Below, piece by piece: positions 56,413-64,000 of a stretch of DNA of 64,000 nt (its first letter is position 1; each line of letters opens with the position of its first letter). A program made the translations under genes and the position numbers. The notes beneath the pieces are model-generated. The model saw only the letters and a list, made by a program, of their open reading frames with translations, had not been told where the DNA came from and did not search any database. Location of the stretch: contig CAYONI010000002.1 in the NCBI GenBank assembly GCA_964405295.1, positions 59,133-123,132 on the forward strand, given 5' to 3'. The DNA is from an uncultured Methanosarcinales archaeon (GTDB lineage Archaea > Nanobdellota > Nanobdellia > Woesearchaeales > CAYZNE01).

Positions 56413-57365
56413 TTAACTCTATCTTCAACATCTTTACCATCTACGAAAAGATTAATATTTTTGATTGTAACATCAAATAAAGAATTAACTGCTTCAACTG
56501 TGTTGAAAGCTGAGTGAGGTGTTGCAACAACTTTCTTATGAGTCATTAGCTTTCTTGATACAGAATCAGGATTTGCACAATCAAATTTTTCTTTTTCAAA
56601 TACATCTAATCCTGCAAAATCTATTTTTCCTGAATCAAGGGCTTCAAGTAAATTTTCAGAGTTGATTAATCCCCCTCTTGAAGTATTAATAATAACAACC
56701 CCTTGTTTCATAATGTTAAATTGTTCTTTATTTAAAATATATTTAGTATGTTCATTTAGCGGGATGTGCAAAGATATAATGTCGCTTTGTTTGAATAAAT
56801 CATTTAATTCAACATATTCAAAACCAACTGTCTCTGCAACATCTTCGTTCTTTTTAATATCGAAAGCAATAACTTTCATGCCAACACCTTTTGATAGACG
56901 AGCTAGGTGTAATCCTATTGAGCCAGTTCCAATTAAACCAATTGTTTTCCCTTTTAATTCAAACCCCATTAATTCTGGCATGTTCACATTGCAGTTTTCC
57001 ATTTCCTGATTACAGATATGAATTCTCTTACTTATTGTAAATAATAGTGCGAGTGCATGTTCTGCAACACTCTCGTTTGAATATGATGGGACATTTGTAA
57101 CAATAATATTTCTATTTTTGCATTCTTCTAAGTCAATGTGATCAAACCCTGTTGTCATGGTTGCAATTAATTTTAGATTAGGAAGCTTATCTAAGATTTC
57201 TTTACTTATTTTAGAAAAAACATTTGTGCAGATTATTTCCGCGGATTCATATTGAGAAGTATTGTCTAAAGTTAATGAATCTTTAACAAAAATTGCATCA
57301 GGGTATTTTATTTTATCTTTTATAATACTCTCTGGCATTAATTTTGTGTCGAAAAATACTTTCAT
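56409..57365 (-). CDS. D-isomer-specific 2-hydroxyacid dehydrogenase (NAD-dependent)
   Basis: GKTIGLIGTGSIGLHLARL Rossmann motif; catalytic His/Glu region. Confidence 0.8.
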   Translation of the reverse strand: MKVFFDTKLMPESIIKDKIKYPDAIFVKDSLTLDNTSQYESAEIICTNVFSKISKEILDKLPNLKLIATMTTGFDHIDLEECKNRNIIVTNVPSYSNESVAEHALALLFTISKRIHICNQEMENCNVNMPELMGFELKGKTIGLIGTGSIGLHLARLSKGVGMKVIAFDIKKNEDVAETVGFEYVELNDLFKQSDIISLHIPLNEHTKYILNKEQFNIMKQGVVIINTSRGGLINSENLLEALDSGKIDFAGLDVFEKEKFDCANPDSVSRKLMTHKKVVATPHSAFNTVEAVNSLFDVTIKNINLFVDGKDVEDRVN

Positions 57366-57739
57366 TTTAATTCATACTCCTTGATAGCTTTTTTTAGTGT
57401 TTCAACTGCAAGAATAGAACAATGTTCTTTTATCTGAGGTAACCCACCTAAACTTTCAGAAACATCTTTCCATTTTATTTTTTTAGCCTCTTCTATGGTT
57501 TTATCTTTTGCAATCTCTGTAATTGCTGAAGCAGTCGCAATGTTCGATGCACAGCCAAAAGATTTGAATTTAATATCCTCTATAACTTTTGTTTCAGGAT
57601 TAACTTTTAATTGCATCTGTATCTGGTCTCCGCATTGGATATTACCTTCGATCACTTCAACATCTGCATTCTTTATGTCTCCTAAATTTCTTGGATGCAA
57701 AAAGTGATCCATAACTTTATCTGAATATTTTAGTGCCAT
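57362..57739 (-). CDS. iscU: Fe-S cluster scaffold IscU/NifU-like
   Basis: GCGDQIQMQLKV, FKSFGCASNIATAS and HCSILAVETL conserved Cys motifs. Confidence 0.85.
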   Translation of the reverse strand: MALKYSDKVMDHFLHPRNLGDIKNADVEVIEGNIQCGDQIQMQLKVNPETKVIEDIKFKSFGCASNIATASAITEIAKDKTIEEAKKIKWKDVSESLGGLPQIKEHCSILAVETLKKAIKEYELK

Positions 57740-57740
57740 T

Positions 57741-58901
57741 TTAACCTAGATGACTAATTTTTCTTAGTACTTTCACTGCTTCCTTTAATTGTTCTATTGT
57801 ATAATCTAATTCTTCTTTTGTTGTAAATTTTGATAGTGAGAATCTTATTGTTCCATGTGCGTCTTCATATTTTTTTCCGAGTGCAAGAATAACGTGGCTT
57901 GCCTCTAATACTTTTGATGAACAGGCAGAACCTGTTGAAACACAAATGTTTTTTTCATTAAGCATCATCAATAATGCTTCTCCTTCAATAAAGCTAAAAG
58001 TGATATTTATATTGTTACATAATCTATCTTTAGGCCCGTTTAGTTTTGTATTGGTTATTTCGTTTAAAACTTTGTCAATAAAATATTTTTGTAGGTTTTT
58101 CATTAATTGAATGTTTTTATCTTTTTCATTCATGGCGATTTCAACTGCTTTTGCAAATCCAGCTATTGCAGGAAGGTTTTCTGTTCCAGGTCTTTTATTA
58201 AATTCTTGATGCCCGCCCTGTTCTATTTGTGTTAATAACTTTTTATTTTTTACAAATAGTGCACCAATACCTTTTGGTCCATGAATTTTGTGTGAATTAA
58301 TACTCACCAGGTCTATTCCTTCAATGGTTAAATCTGTTTTAGTGAAACTTTGGCAGGCATCAATATGAAATAGTGTTTTTGGATTTTTTTGTTTTATTAT
58401 TTCAGAAATTTCTTCTATTAACTGTATTGTTCCTATTTCATTGTTAGCATGAATAATAGAAACAATTATCGTATTTTCATCTACTTCTTTTTTTAATTGT
58501 TCTAAATCAACAAACCCTTGTTCATTAACATCAAGATAAACTATTTCTTGGTTATTTTCTAAAGATTTAAATGTATTTAGTATACTTGGATGCTCAATTT
58601 TTGTTGTAATTACTTTACCTTTTTTTCTGATAGTAGAACCTTTAATTGCTAGATTGTTGCTTTCAGTTCCCCCTGAAGTAAAAATTATTTGATCTTCATT
58701 TGCACCGATAGATTCAGCAATCAATTTTCTTGCATTGGATAATAAGTTATCTGCTTGAATTCCTAGTAAATGTAAACTAGAAGGGTTGCCATAATTATTT
58801 TCTTGAGCTTCTTTAATAGTATCAACTACTTCTTGCAAGGGTTTCGTAGTTGCTGCATTATCTAAATAAATTATCTCATTCATTTTCTTTGCATAATCCA
58901 C
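57741..58901 (-). CDS. iscS: cysteine desulfurase IscS/NifS
   Basis: PLP-Lys motif SINSHKIHGPKGIGALFV; C-terminal SACSS active-site Cys. Confidence 0.9.
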   Translation of the reverse strand: MDYAKKMNEIIYLDNAATTKPLQEVVDTIKEAQENNYGNPSSLHLLGIQADNLLSNARKLIAESIGANEDQIIFTSGGTESNNLAIKGSTIRKKGKVITTKIEHPSILNTFKSLENNQEIVYLDVNEQGFVDLEQLKKEVDENTIIVSIIHANNEIGTIQLIEEISEIIKQKNPKTLFHIDACQSFTKTDLTIEGIDLVSINSHKIHGPKGIGALFVKNKKLLTQIEQGGHQEFNKRPGTENLPAIAGFAKAVEIAMNEKDKNIQLMKNLQKYFIDKVLNEITNTKLNGPKDRLCNNINITFSFIEGEALLMMLNEKNICVSTGSACSSKVLEASHVILALGKKYEDAHGTIRFSLSKFTTKEELDYTIEQLKEAVKVLRKISHLG

Positions 58902-59226
58902 AGCAGGCGTGGATTTTTTCTATTTTTTTGTGAATTTTGCATACAAGCTTATGCATTTTTTTAAGAGTTTCCTGTAATATTTCATAATATTTTTTTGGAT
59001 CTTTCTGAATTTCACTAACTGCATTACTTATGGCGTCTTTGTCAATTTCTATATCTAGTTTCTTTGCTCTCTTATTGTGTATGTATTGTGATACTGCAGC
59101 AGGAGTTATATCCATAATCTTAGCAATATCTTTTTGACTATAACTTTCTGACTTAAGCTTCATTGCAATTTCACGTCTTATTGCAGGAAGTAAATACCAT
59201 ACTTCAATTTCTTGTGGAGTTAACAT
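58876..59226 (-). CDS. small HTH regulator with C-terminal Cys cluster (candidate Fe-S-sensing regulator of iscSU)
   Basis: HTH segment YSQKDIAKIMDITPAAVSQYI; C-terminal CKIHKKIEKIHACCGLC; overlaps the iscS start, so they are co-transcribed. Confidence 0.4.
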   Translation of the reverse strand: MLTPQEIEVWYLLPAIRREIAMKLKSESYSQKDIAKIMDITPAAVSQYIHNKRAKKLDIEIDKDAISNAVSEIQKDPKKYYEILQETLKKMHKLVCKIHKKIEKIHACCGLCKENE

Positions 59227-59417
59227 AATAATAGTTAACTATCGTTAATTTATATATTTTATGGATTTTAAGGAAAGGATGTCTTTTTAACCTTCAAAGC
59301 TAAATTATTAGAAGCATTTAAAAAGGAATGTTGTTTCTCTTATAAAATCAGAGCTTTTTGATATGTTTGTTAGATTGTTTCTGTAATGAGTAAAATAGTA
59401 AACGAGGAATTAAATAA

Positions 59418-59610
59418 AATGAATGGAACAGTAAAGTTTTTTAACGAAATGAAAGGATTTGGATTCATTTCAGCTGAAGATGGAAAAGAAATCTTTGTTC
59501 ATCAATCAGCATTAGATCAAGGCGTTGTTTTACGTGAGAATGATTCAGTTACATTTGATGTAGAAGAAGGCGACAGAGGTCTAAAAGCAGTTAACGTTAA
59601 GAAAGAATAA
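59418..59610 (+). CDS. csp: cold-shock protein CspA family
   Basis: [35 protein letters not shown]1/RNP2 motifs. Confidence 0.8.
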
Positions 59611-59711
59611 TTAATCATACTTCTCTTAAATTAAACGTATATTTTTTTATTTTTTTATTTTTTATTACTTCTAACGAAAGAAATTTAAATACCCTATTCT
59701 ATTTCTAGATT

Positions 59712-60155
59712 ATGGAAGAAAAAAAGAAGAAAATAGGTGTAGGGTTTGGGGTGATGCTTCTAAAAGATAATAAGATCCTATTAGGAAAGCGTCATGAAGA
59801 TCCTGAAAAAGCATCAAGTCTATTGGGTGGTGCAGGGACCTGGACAATGCCTGGTGGTAAACTAGAATTTGGAGAAACTTTTGAGCAAGGTGCAAAAAGA
59901 GAAGTTCTAGAAGAAGCAGGAATAATTCTGAATAAAATTGATGTTCTATGTGTTAATAATGATCAAGTTGAAACAGCACATTTCGTTACAGTCGGTATTT
60001 TTTGTGATGATTTTGAAGGAGAACCACAGGTTTTAGAACCAGATGAGATAACAGAATGGCAATGGTTCAGCTTAGATGATTTGCCTACTCCATTATATTT
60101 TCCGAGTGCAAAGTTTTTAGAGAATTATAAACAGAAAAAGTTTTATATCCCTTAG
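59712..60155 (+). CDS. NUDIX hydrolase
   Basis: Nudix box GGKLEFGETFEQGAKREVLEEAGI. Confidence 0.8.
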   Translation: MEEKKKKIGVGFGVMLLKDNKILLGKRHEDPEKASSLLGGAGTWTMPGGKLEFGETFEQGAKREVLEEAGIILNKIDVLCVNNDQVETAHFVTVGIFCDDFEGEPQVLEPDEITEWQWFSLDDLPTPLYFPSAKFLENYKQKKFYIP

Positions 60156-60156
60156 T

Positions 60157-60768
60157 TTACTTCTTCACATCTGCTTTAATCATTCTGACAAGTTCTGGGA
60201 ACCTAGAGATGTTAAAGTGTCCATTCTTGCTTTTATAAACAATTATGTTTGCATTAGGCAATTTTTTCCTATATTTCTTTGCATGTGAAATTGGGACAGC
60301 ATTGTCATCTTCAGAAAATAACAGATTAAGATTCTTAGAGTTTTTCTGCATTAATGAAAGGTCTGATTTAAGTTTGAATCCTCCAACTAAATCCTCACCA
60401 GTACAAGTATTATCAAACGGGGGTGCAATTAAGTAAGTTGCAAGTATTTTTTTTGGAAATTTGTGTTCAGAAAGGTATTTTGCAAGAAAGATTGCACCCA
60501 GAGAGCTTCCAATTAGAATTACTTTATTTTTTAAAAGAGGAATATGCCTTTCAAAATGAATCTTCCATTCGGAATACTTTGCATTGTCTTGCAAAGGCAT
60601 CCTTGGTTTGATTATGTGAAAGTTTTTGCCTATTTTTTCTTTGAAGTATGTACCATGCCACTTGTTTTTTTCTTTAATAGAAACTTTTCTCTTCTTTAAA
60701 TATTGCAGATAATCTTTTTTGTTCTTGAAGGTCATCCCTCCATGTATCATTAGTATTTGTGTTTTCAT
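60157..60768 (-). CDS. alpha/beta-fold serine hydrolase (RBBP9/YdeN-like)
   Basis: Nucleophile elbow GSSLGA; small ~200 aa fold. Confidence 0.5.
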   Translation of the reverse strand: MKTQILMIHGGMTFKNKKDYLQYLKKRKVSIKEKNKWHGTYFKEKIGKNFHIIKPRMPLQDNAKYSEWKIHFERHIPLLKNKVILIGSSLGAIFLAKYLSEHKFPKKILATYLIAPPFDNTCTGEDLVGGFKLKSDLSLMQKNSKNLNLLFSEDDNAVPISHAKKYRKKLPNANIIVYKSKNGHFNISRFPELVRMIKADVKK

Positions 60769-60770
60769 TT

Positions 60771-61748
60771 TTAATGCTCCAAAATTTTCAATTCTACTTT
60801 GTCATCAACTTTCAGACTTACAGTTCCTCCAATGGGAAATGTCATTATAGGGTTTGCATGACCAAAATTAACATTTGCAATCACAGGAATATCTGCTAAC
60901 TCTTTTTTTGTTGCAATGATTTTTTCGATTTTTTCTTCAGTCATTTCAGAATTCTTTTGAAACATTCCAATAATAATAGCTTTAACATCTTTAAAGTCAG
61001 GAAGGTGAATTAAAGATTGTAAATTTCTATCAAAATCTGGTGCTTTTGATTCATCATCATCTTCAACAAACAAAATCTTGTCTTTTAATGAAGGCATAAA
61101 TTCAGTTCCCTGTAATAAGTTCAGAGTACAAAGGTTTCCTCCAACAATTTCTCCTTGGGCTTCTCCTTTGTTAATTATTAAATAACCTTTATTTGGAATA
61201 AGATTTCTATTTTCTTGATTCATATACCACGCATCATCACTCCAAGTTGGAGAAGGTTTAATAACAAATTCTTCTTTGCTTGTTAAACATTTTTTGAAAT
61301 ATTCTAGTGTATATTCAAACTCCCTTTTCATTCCCCAGGTAGAGAAATGTGGCCCATAATATGTAATTAGGCCTGTCTTTGCTGTAATAGCATTTGTGAG
61401 TGCAGTTATATCTGAGTAACCACAGATAATTTTAGGGTTATTTTTTATTAATTTATAATCTAAGTATTTTAATACTTGATTTACATTAAATCCTCCGATA
61501 ACAGTTAGAATTGCTTTAACATTTTTATCTCTAAATGCTTCATGTAGATCATCAACTCTAGATTGAATAGATGAAGACATAAACATGTCAGACTCTTTGC
61601 AGTTTTTTGAGAATGTAACTTTGAAACCTTCTGCTTCAAGTTTATCTACTGCTAATTTAATATTTTCTTCAGAAAGCAAAGCTAAACTTCTAGATGGGGC
61701 AATAATTCTGATTTCATCTCCTGGTTGTAGTTTTGGTGGAATTATCAT
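60771..61748 (-). CDS. LD-carboxypeptidase (peptidase S66, LdcA/MccF-like)
   Basis: N-terminus LQPGDEIRIIAPSRS and overall S66 architecture. Confidence 0.7.
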   Translation of the reverse strand: MIIPPKLQPGDEIRIIAPSRSLALLSEENIKLAVDKLEAEGFKVTFSKNCKESDMFMSSSIQSRVDDLHEAFRDKNVKAILTVIGGFNVNQVLKYLDYKLIKNNPKIICGYSDITALTNAITAKTGLITYYGPHFSTWGMKREFEYTLEYFKKCLTSKEEFVIKPSPTWSDDAWYMNQENRNLIPNKGYLIINKGEAQGEIVGGNLCTLNLLQGTEFMPSLKDKILFVEDDDESKAPDFDRNLQSLIHLPDFKDVKAIIIGMFQKNSEMTEEKIEKIIATKKELADIPVIANVNFGHANPIMTFPIGGTVSLKVDDKVELKILEH

Positions 61749-61839
61749 TTTGTAAACCTTTTATGTAAAAAATAAAATATCCAATAAACACAATAATTAA
61801 AACCTAATATCTATTGGTACTGCCAAAGCGAAATAAAAT

Positions 61840-62829
61840 TTAATTAAATCTTTCTAAACATTCTGCTTTTACAGTTGCATCACTAATTTCGTTACAATAT
61901 CTTTTGTGATCTTGTGAAAATGCAATCTTCATATAACATTCATCTTTATCCTCACTCTTTGTAAGTCTTTCATCACATATATCTGTGTCTGCATTCTGTT
62001 CAGCAACTCTAAGTAAACACTTAGTTCTTTTACCTTCATCTTTTACTGCTGAACAAGCTGAAGCTTTATTTTGGTAATATCCTACCATATAATAACATTC
62101 ATCAATCTCATCTGGTATGGTTTTTGCTTGAGGCTCTTCTAATTTTTCACAAACTGAATGATCCCCTGTTTTTTCTGCAACTTCTGCTACACATCTATGA
62201 TAATAGTTTCCAGTTTTGTCTGTTATTTCATCACAAATATTTGCATCCTCTTCAGTTTGGGCAACACCCATTAAACAAGCGTTTTTTTCTTTCTCTGTTT
62301 TAAGTTTTTTACAAACCCAAGTATCTCCAACTGCAATGGCATAGTTACTTAGACATTTATCTTGGTCGTCTTCAAACTCAAGTTGTTTACATATGAATTG
62401 ATCTACTTTTTCTATTGCAATTTTTTCAAAACAATTACTTTTAGTGTATCCATCTGATTCTATTTGTTTACAAATGTTTTCATCATTTTTTGCAATTGCA
62501 ATTTTACCATAACAATCATCTGCTTCATGTCCTGCTTTAGCACACAACTTTTCATCTTCAGTTGCAACTGCAATATCTCCATAACAAGGGCCAGAATAAT
62601 CTTTATTTTCAATTTGATCACAAATACCTGTATCTTCTTGATTTACTGCGATTTTTGAGTAGCAGTTATCAATTCTATCCTGATCTACACTTCCATCTTG
62701 ATTTGTTAGTTTATCACAGTTTTTAGTATTGCCTGTTTTGACAGCTGCGTTTAATTCTTCGTCCATAAATAAGCAGCCGGATAATAGTATCATAGAAATT
62801 ATAAATATTACAATTAAAATCTTTTTCAT
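61840..62829 (-). CDS. Cys-rich repeat lipoprotein
   Basis: Signal peptide with lipobox ILLSGC; about eight ~36-aa repeats of C[YF].KIA....D...C..[IL]. Confidence 0.45.
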   Translation of the reverse strand: MKKILIVIFIISMILLSGCLFMDEELNAAVKTGNTKNCDKLTNQDGSVDQDRIDNCYSKIAVNQEDTGICDQIENKDYSGPCYGDIAVATEDEKLCAKAGHEADDCYGKIAIAKNDENICKQIESDGYTKSNCFEKIAIEKVDQFICKQLEFEDDQDKCLSNYAIAVGDTWVCKKLKTEKEKNACLMGVAQTEEDANICDEITDKTGNYYHRCVAEVAEKTGDHSVCEKLEEPQAKTIPDEIDECYYMVGYYQNKASACSAVKDEGKRTKCLLRVAEQNADTDICDERLTKSEDKDECYMKIAFSQDHKRYCNEISDATVKAECLERFN

Positions 62830-62970
62830 AATTAAAACCCCCTATGAGTTTATTCTAAGAAGTATTCTTTTTAAATATTGCTGTTTTAAAGAAATAGTTA
62901 AACTCAATAAAATTAATAATAAAAAAATATTTAAACAATAGTTATTATATCTAAATATAGAGGTAAAAAA

Positions 62971-63180
62971 ATGGGACTTATTATATTGGCAAAAAATTAT
63001 GTAAAAAAGCTTAAGTGGTATGATGTTAAACTAGCTCAGATTGCGGCGATTTTTGCAACTCTTACATTAATAACTGCATGGCCAGCATTTTTAGAAGCAG
63101 TGCAAAAGCTTGACTGGTATTGGTATTTAATTTTAGCATTTATATTTGGAATTACTTTGGTGAAAAGAATTTTTGATTAA
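62971..63180 (+). CDS. small membrane protein (hypothetical)
   Basis: 69 aa with two hydrophobic helices. Confidence 0.3.
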   Translation: MGLIILAKNYVKKLKWYDVKLAQIAAIFATLTLITAWPAFLEAVQKLDWYWYLILAFIFGITLVKRIFD

Positions 63181-63242
63181 ATGATTTTTTTCTTATAACT
63201 TAATAGAATAGTATTATATACAAAATTTTCTTTAGATAATTT

Positions 63243-63974
63243 TTAAATTAACTTAACTATAAACATCAATGCAATTCCAATAAGAAATATTAAGAAATTT
63301 ATAATTGCTTTTACGATATTAACTTCTTTTCGCAGTTCAGGTAAAAGATCTGATGCAGAAATATAAATAAATCCTCCTGCTGCGAATGGTAATAGGTACA
63401 TCATAGCATTCTCAGTGAAAGTTATTAAGAAATATCCCAGTATTCCTCCAAGAACTGCGGTTAAGGCAGTTAAGAAGTTTGCAAGAAGAGCTTTCTTTAT
63501 TGAGAACCCCCCATGAACAAGAACTGCAAAATCTCCTAATTCTTGTGGTATTTCATGTAATATTATTGCTATTGTCGAAGCAACACCTAAAGAAGTGTCA
63601 ACAACAAAGGTTACCCCAATTATAAGTCCGTCAATTAGATTATGAATTGCATCTCCCAATAAGCTCATATACGCAAAACTGTGAATTTTACAATCAACTT
63701 CATGGCAATGTCTCCAATGTAATATTTTCTCAACTAAAAAGAATACTGTGAACCCTATTAATACATATATTAGAATATTGCTGCCAAATTCTTCAATTGA
63801 TTCAGGTATTAAGTGTAGGAATGCTCCTCCCATAAGAGCACCTGCTGAAAGTGCAACAAGTCCCATCATCAATTTTTTCATTAGATTCTTCTTAATAGCT
63901 AAGGTTATAGCCCCTAATAGAGAAATTAAGCTAACTATTAGTGTTGCTAATATTATTGTTAATAAGATTGCCAT
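63243..63974 (-). CDS. zupT: ZIP-family zinc/iron permease
   Basis: HNLIDGLIIGVTF and HEIPQELGDFAVL motifs. Confidence 0.85.
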   Translation of the reverse strand: MAILLTIILATLIVSLISLLGAITLAIKKNLMKKLMMGLVALSAGALMGGAFLHLIPESIEEFGSNILIYVLIGFTVFFLVEKILHWRHCHEVDCKIHSFAYMSLLGDAIHNLIDGLIIGVTFVVDTSLGVASTIAIILHEIPQELGDFAVLVHGGFSIKKALLANFLTALTAVLGGILGYFLITFTENAMMYLLPFAAGGFIYISASDLLPELRKEVNIVKAIINFLIFLIGIALMFIVKLI

Positions 63975-64000
63975 TTATAGCCCTAATCCACAATCTTTTT

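Noticed and set aside
1-64000. CRISPR arrays
   Set aside because: No regularly spaced identical direct repeats. The repeated elements at 49-55.6 kb are ~170-250 bp, non-identical and separated by genes.

Overview
A 64 kb window of AT-rich (roughly 30% GC) genome that is almost certainly archaeal, most plausibly a DPANN-type lineage. It carries archaeal/eukaryotic-only markers: ribosomal proteins L34e and L14e, Orc1/Cdc6, the RFC large subunit, Cbf5, an archaeal-type GluRS, and a tRNA-Tyr with a C1-G72 pair and a bulge-helix-bulge intron. Shine-Dalgarno motifs (GGAGG/GAGGTGA) sit in front of many genes. The backbone is housekeeping: SMC, MscS, UppS, Cbf5, RfcL, GluRS, LysRS, topoisomerase I, Orc1, L34e/L14e, Dph2-Taw1, IscS/IscU, Csp, Nudix and a ZIP transporter. 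Many secreted or lipobox proteins with Cys-rich or acidic repeats are interspersed. The most unusual region is about 49.0-55.6 kb. It is a string of gene 'cassettes' made of a AAA_21 ATPase with a small partner, SurE, a nucleotidyltransferase-fold protein, TrmB with a divergent cis-prenyltransferase paralog, and a PHA_gran_rgn-like protein. The cassettes are separated by members of one GC-rich structured repeat family (imperfect hairpins tipped ...TAAC / GTTA..., with a 2-nt bulge and compensatory substitutions). Each gene segment is additionally bracketed by its own 12-15 bp inverted repeat, and the string ends at a tyrosine recombinase gene. This looks like an integron-like / attC-like cassette array or another recombinase-associated cassette system. 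Other notable loci: an RHH protein translationally coupled to a membrane Hanks-type kinase, a four-sORF SD-driven micro-operon next to tRNA-Tyr, a 40-bp duplication of the tRNA-Tyr 3' end (att-like scar), an HTH_10 regulator flanked by a repeated palindromic site, and a split Dph2.
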